This document shows positions 41,489-50,776 of a DNA stretch of 64,000 bases, piece after piece (position 1 is the first letter of the stretch; each line of letters begins with the position of its first letter). This DNA comes from Fibrobacteria bacterium (GTDB lineage: Bacteria > Fibrobacterota > Fibrobacteria > UBA11236). The stretch lies in the NCBI GenBank assembly GCA_043745805.1, contig JAYTSD010000031.1, positions 32,001 through 96,000 on the forward strand, given 5' to 3'. The translations under genes were made by a program, and so were the position numbers. The notes below the pieces were generated by a model, which saw only the letters and a list, made by a program, of their open reading frames with translations, did not search any database and was not told the origin of the DNA.

Positions 41489-42833
41489 ATCCACTAAAAC
41501 TTCTGCCTCTTCCCTTCCCAAGGGTCGCTTTTTAATTGTAGATGACGAAGAAAACATTCGTGAAATTTTAGAAGCGACTTTAAAGCCTTTATCCTTAGCC
41601 ATATTCAAGGCTGAGTCGGCGGAACAAGGTTTAGAAATCATCCGCGAAGAAAATTTGGATTTAGTGATTTGCGATATTCAAATGTCGGGCATGAATGGTT
41701 TAGAGTTTTTAAAAAAAGTAAAACAAGAACAACCAGCGATTAAATTTTTAATGATCACCGCGCATGGGACCATGGACACTGCCGTACAGGCCATGCGTTA
41801 TGGTGCTTCGGATTTTTTAACCAAGCCCTTTGAAAATGAAGCCATACGCCAAATCGCGCGTAATCTTTTAAGCGGTGGCATTGCTCCTATTGATACGCAA
41901 GTCATAACCAAAACGGTGGCTGCATTTGGAAATATGGTAGGCGAAAGCCAAGGCTTTATGGCTTGCATAGAAAAGGCGCGTAAAGCGGGTCAAAGTGATT
42001 CTACCGTGCTAGTGAATGGCGAAAGTGGAACCGGTAAAGAAGTGATGGCGCAAGCCATTCATCAGCATAGCCCACGTTCGGCAAAACCATTTATAGCTGT
42101 TAATTGCGGAGCCATTCCCGAAAATTTAATTGAGAGTGAATTATTCGGTCATGAAAAAGGTGCTTTCACGGGAGCCATTTCTTCTAAGCCGGGCAAATTT
42201 GCTTTAGCGCATGGCGGCACTTTATTCTTGGATGAAATAGGGGAAATGCCTTTGCCCATGCAAGTTAAATTGTTGCGGGTATTGCAAGAAAAAACCATTG
42301 ATCCAGTTGGTGGCTTACATCCGCAAAAAGTGGATTTTCGTTTGATTGCCGCCACCAATAAAAATCTAAAAGAAGAGGTGGCCAAGGGCCGCTTTCGCGA
42401 AGACTTATTTTATCGTCTCAATATTATTCCTATTGAACTACCTCCTTTACGCGAGCGACGCAAAGATATTTTAGTATTAGCGCGCCATTTTTTACTGTAT
42501 TTCAATCAACGCTATAGTTGCCAATATGTATTATCGACGGAAAATGAAGCCGCTTTACAAGAGTATACTTGGCCAGGCAATATACGTGAACTCGCAAATG
42601 TGATGGAAAGAGCTGTAGTATTGGCTTCGGGCGAGGTATTACATTTTCAATGGGAAGAAAATCAAGCACCCGAAAAAAAATCCATGCTTAAAGAAAAAAG
42701 ACAAAGTGTGGAACGCGAGAGTATTCTTCAGGCCTTAGATAAATACCGTTGGAATAAAACGCAAACTGCCGAAGCTTTAGGCATTAGTCGCCGTTCGCTT
42801 TTGTATAAGATTAAAGAGTTTGGTATCGCGTAA
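41478..42833 (+). CDS. Sigma54-dependent (NtrC/AtoC-like) response regulator
   Basis: REC domain (VDDE, CDIQM, TKP), GESGTGKE, GAFTGA, LFLDEIG, WPGNIREL, Fis-type HTH. Confidence 0.93.
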   Translation: MSIESTKTSASSLPKGRFLIVDDEENIREILEATLKPLSLAIFKAESAEQGLEIIREENLDLVICDIQMSGMNGLEFLKKVKQEQPAIKFLMITAHGTMDTAVQAMRYGASDFLTKPFENEAIRQIARNLLSGGIAPIDTQVITKTVAAFGNMVGESQGFMACIEKARKAGQSDSTVLVNGESGTGKEVMAQAIHQHSPRSAKPFIAVNCGAIPENLIESELFGHEKGAFTGAISSKPGKFALAHGGTLFLDEIGEMPLPMQVKLLRVLQEKTIDPVGGLHPQKVDFRLIAATNKNLKEEVAKGRFREDLFYRLNIIPIELPPLRERRKDILVLARHFLLYFNQRYSCQYVLSTENEAALQEYTWPGNIRELANVMERAVVLASGEVLHFQWEENQAPEKKSMLKEKRQSVERESILQALDKYRWNKTQTAEALGISRRSLLYKIKEFGIA

Positions 42834-42875
42834 ATTATGCATTGCGGCTTCCGTAACTTTTAAGTAAGGTCTTTG

Positions 42876-42910
42876 CAAAGTTACTCCCTCAGGGGCAGAG
42901 GGTAACTTTG
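42876..42910. terminator. Probable bidirectional hairpin terminator
   Basis: CAAAGTTAC(TC)CCTC-AGGGGCA-GAGGGTAACTTTG between convergent genes. Confidence 0.5.
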
Positions 42911-42945
42911 GGTTCCGTTGCGTTGGGTATTTTTAAGGGCTATTT

Positions 42946-43512
42946 TTAATCGTTAACACAAAGGGTTTCGCAATAGTTTTCCCAGCTTTGTAGATTCTGG
43001 AATTTGGCGCGCAAGGTTTGCATTTTAGTGGTGAACTTGGCTAAGCGTTTGGTGATGGCTACACGCGATACTCCGCATATTTGGGAGATTTCTAAATGCG
43101 TTAAACCAACGTCAAGACGTAGGAAAATAATTTGGCGAGTTTCCTCATCCATTTGTCCCATTAGCTTTTCCAATAATATTTCGGATGCACTAGGTTTTTG
43201 ATCATGACCGCGTGGGAAGTCTTGTAAATAACTTGCATATTGCGAGGACAATTCTCCTTGACGTTTTTTCCAACGTAAAAAATCCAAACTATAATTGGCA
43301 GCGATACGGTAAATCCAAGTGGTGAGTTGACTTTGCCCTTCGAAATGGGGAAGCGAACCATGAATTTTTAATAAAATATCTTGTGCAAGATCTTGAGCAT
43401 CGCTCACATTTTTAACATAACGCAAACAAATACGATAAATCATGGGGGAATACTGCATATGGAGAGTCTCCAAATTATGTTTCGTGGGAGTTAATAGAGT
43501 TGTGTTTTCCAT
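42946..43512 (-). CDS. ECF sigma-70 family factor
   Basis: DAQDLAQD, FEGQSQLTTWIYRIAAN (region 2), GLTHLEIS...GVSRVAITKRL (region 4); ATG 43512 has an AAGGT RBS. Confidence 0.88.
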   Translation of the reverse strand: MENTTLLTPTKHNLETLHMQYSPMIYRICLRYVKNVSDAQDLAQDILLKIHGSLPHFEGQSQLTTWIYRIAANYSLDFLRWKKRQGELSSQYASYLQDFPRGHDQKPSASEILLEKLMGQMDEETRQIIFLRLDVGLTHLEISQICGVSRVAITKRLAKFTTKMQTLRAKFQNLQSWENYCETLCVND

Positions 43513-43552
43513 TTGAATTACCTTGTTGTGTTGTCTCATGGAGAACCTCTAA

Positions 43553-43568
43553 TGCAACTCGAGTGCCA
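43553..43568 (-). promoter_or_regulatory. Sigma54 -24/-12 promoter of the ECF sigma gene
   Basis: Minus strand reads TGGCAC-TCGAG-TTGCA, matching the TGGCAC-N5-TTGCW consensus with exact spacing, about 40 nt upstream of the start codon. Confidence 0.8.
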
Positions 43569-43637
43569 AGTTTTTTTAAAGCAAAAAACCGCTTAATTAA
43601 GCTGTTTTCGCCACTTATATAAGCTTATAATTAAGTA

Positions 43638-43720
43638 TTGCGCAAGGGATTGCGCACTCTGCGCGGAGCAGAGTAAACCTATTTTTGCGCACTTGCGCAA
43701 GGATTCATGCAAGCTTGCAT
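43638..43720. promoter_or_regulatory. Candidate upstream activator sites
   Basis: TGCGCA at 43639, 43651, 43686, 43694 and a perfect 14-bp palindrome ATGCAAGCTTGCAT at 43707-43720, about 95-180 bp upstream of the predicted start site. Confidence 0.5.
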
Positions 43721-43778
43721 CTATTCCTTAGTCCATTTGTTCATGTGTACGTTTGTGTGGAAGAACTAAATTTTAAAG

Positions 43779-44603
43779 ATGCAGAAAATATTTAAGTTAG
43801 GAATTACCGGCGCATTAATTTTTTTGTGCCTACACTGCGCGTCAAATTTTAAACCCATCGATTCTTCTCAACATCTAACGGCAAAACCCCAGCCCATACA
43901 AGAAGTTCTGCAAAGCCAAGATGCTTTATATCTTTTCAATTTTGCGGCACTTCATTATCAAAAATATTTGCTGCAACAATTACCCGACTCCTTGGAATGG
44001 GAAATGCAAAAATCCGAAAATTGGTTAACCCTCGCCACACCGACGTTACCCTTCTTGCCGCAGCAAGCTGCCATTGGCCCAAATGGGAATTTTTTTCTGT
44101 TCGATAAATTAGGGAAACGTATTTGTCAATACGATGCGAATGCGCAATTATTGGCTTGTTTGGATTTACCCTTGGAATTAAAACGTTTAAATCTTGAAGA
44201 GTTGCATTTTTATTGGAATGCCGGAGGGCTGGTTTTTTTGCATTATGCGCAAGGGCAAGTGTGGCAATATTCACTTTTTCAAATTCATGCACAGAATGAA
44301 GAATGGCAATTACGCAATACCTTAAAAATTCCTTTGGGTTTACGTCAATGTGTTTACTTACCTGAGAGCCAGCTCTATCGCTGTTTGCGCGGTGAAAGGG
44401 CTATAGATTTTGATCTTTATTTTAATGAGAAAACGGAGTTTAATCCGCAAGATAGCCTTATGACTATAAACGGTTTACTTTATAATGCAAATACCAAGAG
44501 TTGGATTTTTAATTTTATGGGTAAACTGGCGATGACGAAGAAAAATAAAATTTTCTGTTTTAATCCTGTCTCTCAATCCTTAAGCCTTTGTACAGCGCCT
44601 TAA
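43779..44603 (+). CDS. Hypothetical exported protein/lipoprotein
   Basis: Signal-like N-terminus ending ..LCLHC; overlaps the next gene. Confidence 0.6.
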   Translation: MQKIFKLGITGALIFLCLHCASNFKPIDSSQHLTAKPQPIQEVLQSQDALYLFNFAALHYQKYLLQQLPDSLEWEMQKSENWLTLATPTLPFLPQQAAIGPNGNFFLFDKLGKRICQYDANAQLLACLDLPLELKRLNLEELHFYWNAGGLVFLHYAQGQVWQYSLFQIHAQNEEWQLRNTLKIPLGLRQCVYLPESQLYRCLRGERAIDFDLYFNEKTEFNPQDSLMTINGLLYNANTKSWIFNFMGKLAMTKKNKIFCFNPVSQSLSLCTAP

Positions 44604-47600
44604 AATTTTTACGCCTATTATTTTATTTCTGCGGCATGTTCACTGCATTATCCGCGAGTGCCTTGGAAATTTTTTCACCAGAGAATGCTACGAATAAACC
44701 ACTAAGAAATATTGGCTGGATAAAAAAAACGCATTGCGAAACTTTTAAAAATTTATCCGAGGATTCATCCGAGGTTTCAGCCTTTAATTTTGCCCTAGGT
44801 TTAGGGTCAACTTCTCGCCTGCAATTGCGACGCAATGGTGAGGCTTTATTACAGGATAGAGATTTTCAAATCGCAGAAGGCGATAGTACTTTGATTTTTG
44901 CCTCGCCTTTGAAGAATAGCGATACGCTTTGCTTAGATATTTATACTACGCCATTATTTCCTGAAAATCCATATCGGCTAAATCGCTTGGAACGCGTTCC
45001 TATTTATCGTGAGGGGATTGACAGTGCTTGGCAAAATACTGTTGCTTTTACAGAAGATGAAACCTCCAAGGGACCGTATCACTTAGATTATGGCGGAAGC
45101 AAAAGTCTTTCCGTGGCCGTGGGTAATGGTGGCGGTGTGGCCTTAGATCAATCCTTACTTTTAGATGTACGTGGCCAAATTGCCGAAAATGTTTTTGTAG
45201 AAGGTCATCTTTCTGATCAAAATATTCCCATTCAACCCGAAGGCAATACCGCCTCTTTAAAAGAAGTGGACGCGATCTTTATCAAAGTGTATGGCCAACA
45301 GTATGGTTATACCTTAGGCAACTATTTACTGGATTTTGGAAGTGCTGGAACGGATCAATACATCGCAAAAGTGGAAGGTGTGCAAGGCGCTTGGACGCAT
45401 GGTGATTATCGTGTACATGGATCATTGTCGGTAAGCAAAGGCCAATATTTTAGCGATACCTTCCATGGCGTAAATGGCCAACAGCGCGGCTATTATTTGC
45501 ATGGCAATGGTGGCCGCACTTTTATTACGGTTTTAGCGGGTACGGAAAAGGTATGGCGCAATGGGATATTATTAAGACGTGGAAGTGACTATACCATTGA
45601 ATATGGTGAAGGCAAGCTCGATTTTTTAAATAACCTAACGGTTACCAGTGAAAATATTTTTGCCGTTGAATATCAATATACCGAACAAGAATATCCTCGT
45701 TCCCTATGGTCGGCTGAAGTGGCAGATACAGCAGGTGCATGGACTTGGTCCTTACGCAGTATTTACGAAAAAGAAGATAGAAAATCACCACTCAATACTA
45801 TTTACACCGAGGACCAAAAAATTCGCTTTAGCAATTTAGGCGACAGTACTTTACCTAAAGATTCATTATATAGTCGCGTACAATTGCCCCAAGACTTAGG
45901 GCATGCAGTAGCGGAAATGAATTATCAAAAAGATCGTCATCATTCGCATTTAATTTTTAAAGGATCGACTTGGGATAAAAATTTATATTCGTCTCGCGAT
46001 GATAAGGATAATTATGGCTATGGCCTGAATTATCTGGGGGGGCAGGCTTGGGGTCAACCTTTTAATCAAGGTGGCTTTGGCGCTACCTCCTTGGAAATGA
46101 ATCATGAAAATCGTTCAGTGAATTACACATCCTTTCGCCAACTCATTGAGCCACGACAATTTCTTGATACTTGGAATTTGCCTGCGAGTATTGGTGAAAG
46201 AGATTTTCAAGCGGATCGATTTACCGTAGAAGAAAAACTCTTTAGCCCTTTTGCGGTGGGTGCTGAATATGGTTATGCCGAAGGGCATTCCTTTGTATCC
46301 ATGAATTCGGAACGCGAAAAAATTTATACTCGTTTGGGAAATGAGGCACAGTATGTTTTACTGGAAAGTGAAGCAAAATATGCACGCACACCCTTGCGGC
46401 AAGATAATTATCGGCAAAATATTGTTTCCTCCTTGGCCTTCACGCGGATTACTCCAGCGTTACGCTATACTCGCAATGAATGGCAAAATGATATAGACAA
46501 TAACGGATTAGCAGGGAAAACTTTATCCAGTAAAGAAGAAGCGGAATTAACCTTTAAAAGCATTCCCTTTTGGAATCGTTTAAGTGTTACTGGAGGTATA
46601 AATGGATTATGGCAAAAATCCAATTTCAATAATGCCATAGCCACGCCTACCGATTCCGTAGGGGCTTATGGCTTTTCGCAAAAAATAGATTTGGCAGGGT
46701 GGGGGCCTTGGTTTTCAGATATTTTTTACGGGTATAGACGATTTCAAGAATGGGTTCCTAATGCAAATGGCCGGCCCTCTATAGATCCAACTTTACATGC
46801 TTTTAATCAATTAGAGTGGAATAATCGTTTATACGATGGGCATTGGGGCTATAATCTTGCGATGAATTATCGCATCAATCAAACCGCGGAGTTACCCCTT
46901 ATTCAAGCCTATGATTCCGTCGCACAGGGACGCGGGCATTATGTGCGGGACTCGATTGGAAATGCTTTTCATGAAGATGAAATCAATGGCAATTTTATTT
47001 TGGCAGGACTGAAACGCGATACCACTTTAGGGTTAAGACCTTATCAAGATTTAGGTTTTACTCTGAGCTTGGATCTCATTCCTGCACAATTTCCTTTTAC
47101 AGTAAAAGGTGTTCTAGCGGATATTCGCCTGCATGGAGAGTTGGCTGTAGAGCAGCAAGATAGTGGCGGTAACCCAAATTTTTATCCGGTATTTACCGAT
47201 CAAAATATTCGCCTGTTACGTAGCGGAAAGAGTCGCTATGCTCCTTCTTTGCAATGGAAAAGTGGGAGTGGACTTAAGAATGCCGAGTTATCGGTCGAAC
47301 GCAGCTTCGCCAAAGCCGCAGGTGAAAATGCCTCGGAAGAAAAAGTGTGGAATGAACGATTGCATTATCGGCAAGAATGGTTAACGACTTGGGAATACAG
47401 CTTAGAACAAGCTTATGAAAATCGTTTTCGCGAAGGTTTGCCTTCGGGTATTAATGGTGGATCACCTTCCACTGAAGAAAATGAAAATTATTTGTATGGA
47501 GGATCTTTATTAAAAAAACTACCCAAAGCTTTTTCGGTAGAGCAATTTTTACAATATGAAAATAGCCAAGGTAAACTTTCCAACTCAGCCTTTTCCACAA

Positions 47601-47881
47601 AACTACAAGGTCTTAAACCTCGTTTTCGTATAGAAAAAGCCTCCTTATACAATGGTAGAGCCTATATTGAATATGGGTTGTTTTATTATTGGGGTCAAGG
47701 CGATGGGGGTTACTATACCACGGGCGGCTATCAGCGCGGTACTACCCATCGCGTGGAAGCGAATGCGCATTTCCAAATAGGACAAAATGTTTATTTGAGT
47801 ATAAATTATTTGATTCGCAAAGAGCCCAGAAGCGATGCTTTGATTCAAAAATTGTCGGCAGAAATAAGAGCGGTATTTTGA
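44588..47881 (+). CDS. Large outer-membrane beta-barrel-like hypothetical protein
   Basis: Signal peptide, LSDQNIPIQPEGNT and GTEKVWRNG..LRRGSDYTIEYGEG motifs, amphipathic beta-strands, C-terminal Phe. Confidence 0.7.
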   Translation: MYSALKFLRLLFYFCGMFTALSASALEIFSPENATNKPLRNIGWIKKTHCETFKNLSEDSSEVSAFNFALGLGSTSRLQLRRNGEALLQDRDFQIAEGDSTLIFASPLKNSDTLCLDIYTTPLFPENPYRLNRLERVPIYREGIDSAWQNTVAFTEDETSKGPYHLDYGGSKSLSVAVGNGGGVALDQSLLLDVRGQIAENVFVEGHLSDQNIPIQPEGNTASLKEVDAIFIKVYGQQYGYTLGNYLLDFGSAGTDQYIAKVEGVQGAWTHGDYRVHGSLSVSKGQYFSDTFHGVNGQQRGYYLHGNGGRTFITVLAGTEKVWRNGILLRRGSDYTIEYGEGKLDFLNNLTVTSENIFAVEYQYTEQEYPRSLWSAEVADTAGAWTWSLRSIYEKEDRKSPLNTIYTEDQKIRFSNLGDSTLPKDSLYSRVQLPQDLGHAVAEMNYQKDRHHSHLIFKGSTWDKNLYSSRDDKDNYGYGLNYLGGQAWGQPFNQGGFGATSLEMNHENRSVNYTSFRQLIEPRQFLDTWNLPASIGERDFQADRFTVEEKLFSPFAVGAEYGYAEGHSFVSMNSEREKIYTRLGNEAQYVLLESEAKYARTPLRQDNYRQNIVSSLAFTRITPALRYTRNEWQNDIDNNGLAGKTLSSKEEAELTFKSIPFWNRLSVTGGINGLWQKSNFNNAIATPTDSVGAYGFSQKIDLAGWGPWFSDIFYGYRRFQEWVPNANGRPSIDPTLHAFNQLEWNNRLYDGHWGYNLAMNYRINQTAELPLIQAYDSVAQGRGHYVRDSIGNAFHEDEINGNFILAGLKRDTTLGLRPYQDLGFTLSLDLIPAQFPFTVKGVLADIRLHGELAVEQQDSGGNPNFYPVFTDQNIRLLRSGKSRYAPSLQWKSGSGLKNAELSVERSFAKAAGENASEEKVWNERLHYRQEWLTTWEYSLEQAYENRFREGLPSGINGGSPSTEENENYLYGGSLLKKLPKAFSVEQFLQYENSQGKLSNSAFSTKLQGLKPRFRIEKASLYNGRAYIEYGLFYYWGQGDGGYYTTGGYQRGTTHRVEANAHFQIGQNVYLSINYLIRKEPRSDALIQKLSAEIRAVF

Positions 47882-49464
47882 AACGCTACTTTTTTTGTTT
47901 AATAGTAATATTTGTAATATTTAGTTTTAGTTATGCGCAGGTTACTCCCATTGATGAAAATTCTTGGTTAAAGCAAAATAAAATTAATGATAGCCTACTA
48001 CTAAATTTATATCAACAAGGTTATTTAGCCGCAGAGCGGGATACCCAAGGCATAATCCAGCAAGGAAATTTGTATCGTATTGGGAAAATTACCGTTACAA
48101 AAAACCCGCAAAAATTCACCTCCCAGTCTTTGCGACTCGAAAATTTTACGGGGCAATGGGTAACTAAACAAATACTTTCCGATTTACAAAGTACCATCGC
48201 CAATACATTAATGGATTCGGGTTTTACCTTTGCCGCTTTGCAATGGGATGTTGAGGAAAATATTTCCGGCCAAGCTTTAGATTTAACGCTTACTTTAAAT
48301 TGTGGTCCGGGTTATAAATTTGGAGGCTTTAAAGCGCATGGGAGCCGCATTCAGCCGGATGTTTTAGAACGACTGTCTTTGTTAAAATTTGGAGAGAATT
48401 TTAATATACATCGCATACAAGCCGCCGAAGAAAAAATATCTCGCTTGGGATATTTTGATCGCTTGGAAGCGAGGCAATTATTTCGAGACTCTACACGTTA
48501 CCTACTTTATCCTGAACTTTTACTTTCCGATTTTAAAGGCAATCGCTTAAGTGGATTATTGGGATACGATTCAGAAAATAAAGGGCAAGGCGGATTATTA
48601 GGCTATTTGGATATTCATTTGATCAATATGGCAGGTACTGCACGCGATTTAGATTTTCATTTAAATGCGCAATCGCTAAAAGGAACTCCTGCGGAAACGC
48701 AAGTCAAAGTGGATTATACCGAACCCTGGCTTTATCTATTGCCCATAGGCGCGAAGGCCTCTCTAGCCTTATCTTTACAGGACTCCGTATACAATGAGCG
48801 CAAGCTAGGTTTAGGGATTTTTCAAGACATTGATTTTCATTCTAAATATCAAGTCAATTTCGGTTTACAACATAATGAAAATTTTGTGGACTCCACGCAA
48901 AGCGATGCCAAAACCATTGGCTTTGAGTTAATCTATGATGCTCGAGATAAAGTACCCTATACGTTACGGGGTGAAAAAATCAGTGGAAGCGTGGAAGGCA
49001 TTCGCCGCGAATTAGCGGATACCACTTATTATGTTTTACAAAACAAAATGCAAACCGAAGGCTGGATCCCTTTTGGAAAGCGCTGGGTAGGGTATGGCCG
49101 TCTTTCGGCAGCTGGAAATTGGCCTTTGCGCGTTCATCCCAATCGCGGTGAACTTTTTCAAATAGGTGGCACTAATTCTATTCGTGGTTATCGCGAAAAT
49201 GAATTCCTTACTGATCTTTTTGTATATGCCAATTTGGAATTGCAATTTATTTTAAGCGCACGCAGCCGCGTTTCACTTTTTGGGGTTCCGGCTTGGATTA
49301 ATCAATTGGGAAGTGGTGATATTGATTGGCAAAGAGTGGCCGGTTATGGATTTGGACTCGATTTAGGCAATAAGGATTGGGTTTTTGGCATTAGCTATGC
49401 CCTCAATCCTGACCGAAGTTTGGGTAATGGTCTGGTGCATGTTCATGTGGTGAACCAGTTTTAA
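47878..49464 (+). CDS. Omp85 (BamA/TamA-like) protein with POTRA domains
   Basis: TTG 47878 overlapping the upstream stop gives a signal peptide; RLGYF POTRA motif, YTEPW, IGGTNSIRGY, C-terminal Phe. Confidence 0.8.
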   Translation: MKRYFFCLIVIFVIFSFSYAQVTPIDENSWLKQNKINDSLLLNLYQQGYLAAERDTQGIIQQGNLYRIGKITVTKNPQKFTSQSLRLENFTGQWVTKQILSDLQSTIANTLMDSGFTFAALQWDVEENISGQALDLTLTLNCGPGYKFGGFKAHGSRIQPDVLERLSLLKFGENFNIHRIQAAEEKISRLGYFDRLEARQLFRDSTRYLLYPELLLSDFKGNRLSGLLGYDSENKGQGGLLGYLDIHLINMAGTARDLDFHLNAQSLKGTPAETQVKVDYTEPWLYLLPIGAKASLALSLQDSVYNERKLGLGIFQDIDFHSKYQVNFGLQHNENFVDSTQSDAKTIGFELIYDARDKVPYTLRGEKISGSVEGIRRELADTTYYVLQNKMQTEGWIPFGKRWVGYGRLSAAGNWPLRVHPNRGELFQIGGTNSIRGYRENEFLTDLFVYANLELQFILSARSRVSLFGVPAWINQLGSGDIDWQRVAGYGFGLDLGNKDWVFGISYALNPDRSLGNGLVHVHVVNQF

Positions 49465-49530
49465 TGGGAGGTGGAGATTTTTGCATTCCATCCTAAAGTT
49501 TAGTGCCTTGCTATCCGATATAGTGTTTAG

Positions 49531-49711
49531 AGAGATGGCCCATGGATAAGCCAAAATCCATATTACTAATAGCCCAATCGTCTGCCCTCCAGACGGGTGG
49601 GAGAGTCTCTCTGCTATGAGTCGTTACAACTTGGCTGCCAACCAAGAGGTGGCTTCACCGCTTCTCTTGGTTTGGTATTCGTGGTCGGTCATGGTTAGCA
49701 TAGGCCATTTC
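49531..49711 (+). ncRNA. Candidate structured ncRNA (~180 nt; possibly 6S RNA)
   Basis: Ends pair (GAGATGGCC 49532-40 with GGCCATTTC 49703-11); stem extends via AGCCA/TGGTT, CCAT/GTGG, TACTAA/TTGGTA; internal hairpins CGTCTG/CAGACG and AACCAAGAG/CTCTTGGTT; TATAGT -10-like box at 49519-24. Confidence 0.45.
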
Positions 49712-49750
49712 GCAATCCTTAAATTAATCCCATTTTTTCGCATAATAAAA

Positions 49751-49778
49751 TTGAAATTCTGAGCGCATCGGTTATATT
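49751..49778 (+). promoter_or_regulatory. Sigma70-like promoter of tRNA-Lys
   Basis: TTGAAA-16 nt-TATATT ending 14 nt upstream of the tRNA. Confidence 0.45.
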
Positions 49779-49792
49779 TATGCCCCGTTGTG

Positions 49793-49868
<76 letters not shown>

Positions 49869-49876
49869 TTTAACAC

Positions 49877-49917
49877 CGCAAAAACATCGAATTTTAATCA
49901 AATTAGGTGTTTTTGCG
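49877..49917 (+). terminator. Hairpin after the tRNA (terminator or att-associated)
   Basis: CGCAAAAACATC...GGTGTTTTTGCG stem. Confidence 0.5.
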
Positions 49918-49955
49918 CGTCTACGTTTTATCTAGCCAATTCCAAAAAACCGCCG

Positions 49956-50240
49956 TTGTATGCCGATATCTGCCATAGTAGGTGGCAGTTTAGTGGCATC
50001 CCAAAATTAACTAGGGTGGCTTTGGCTGGTCCCCTAGAAATATTTTTTCCAAGCGTTTCCTACACCGCCCCAATTTCTTTTTGCCAAAAAATTGATCAAA
50101 TCCCAAAGTTTTCTGAATTAGGAAACCCCACAAAACCACTCTGTGAAAAATGCGGATGGACTGATCACGTTTGGTGGTGCCCAGAACTAAACCAAAATTC
50201 TGAAGCCAATCAATTAAAAGATGGCGGTAAAAATGGATAA
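49956..50240 (+). CDS. Phage hypothetical protein with CxxC..H..C motif (start uncertain)
   Basis: CEKCGWTDHVWWC; overlaps the next gene start. Confidence 0.35.
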   Translation: MYADICHSRWQFSGIPKLTRVALAGPLEIFFPSVSYTAPISFCQKIDQIPKFSELGNPTKPLCEKCGWTDHVWWCPELNQNSEANQLKDGGKNG

Positions 50241-50547
50241 GCGGATCCTGCACCTTACCCTAATTAAACAATGGTTTGACTTGGTAGCTAGTGGCCGCAA
50301 GCTATCCGAATTCCGACGCATAAAGCCATACTGGGAAAAACGATTTTACAAATCCATTTGCACTAAAGAATTTAAAGACTTCGACGAAATCCATTTCAAA
50401 AACGGTTATTCCAAAACCGCGCCAAGCATGCGCATAGAATTACTTGGCTTTGGCTATAAAGAATTTATGGGTGAACAATGTTTCGAATTAAGACTAGGCC
50501 GCGTCCTTGAGTTAAAACACTATAAACTGGATGAATCAAAATGCTAA
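50221..50547 (+). CDS. ASCH/PUA-like domain phage protein
   Basis: LHLTLIKQWFDLVASGRKLSEFR..KPYWEKR, IHFKNGY, LRLGRVL. Confidence 0.75.
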   Translation: MAVKMDKRILHLTLIKQWFDLVASGRKLSEFRRIKPYWEKRFYKSICTKEFKDFDEIHFKNGYSKTAPSMRIELLGFGYKEFMGEQCFELRLGRVLELKHYKLDESKC

Positions 50548-50624
50548 GAGAATCCATTTGTTGGCTTGGTGCGGTATTAATAATCCTAATTGGCGCTTTG
50601 TTTTTAACAAGGGGAAGTATATGA
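50541..50624 (+). CDS. Small TM peptide (27 aa)
   Basis: MLRESICWLGAVLIILIGALFLTRGSI; overlaps the ASCH stop and couples by ATGA to the next ORF. Confidence 0.5.
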   Translation: MLRESICWLGAVLIILIGALFLTRGSI

Positions 50625-50728
50625 AATCATTTTTCGGCATCGTAATTGTTCCTGTTCTGGTTTGTATTGTTGTAGGCTTGGCGGTTACCTATGCGCCCAT
50701 TTTTATGGAGTTCCTAAGCCGAAAATAA
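50621..50728 (+). CDS. Small TM peptide (35 aa)
   Basis: MKSFFGIVIVPVLVCIVVGLAVTYAPIFMEFLSRK with an AAGGGGA RBS. Confidence 0.55.
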   Translation: MKSFFGIVIVPVLVCIVVGLAVTYAPIFMEFLSRK

Positions 50729-50776
50729 CCGTATCAGGTCGGTTACCTGAGTATCACAATTAATGGAGATAAAATC

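Noticed and set aside
47689..47877. Long N-terminal extension of the Omp85 ORF
   Set aside because: Overlaps the upstream gene by ~190 nt; TTG 47878 gives a proper signal peptide
49620..49706. Short minus-strand ORFs (17 and 25 aa) within the ncRNA candidate
   Set aside because: No motif support; base-pairing explains the sequence better, though a peptide cannot be excluded
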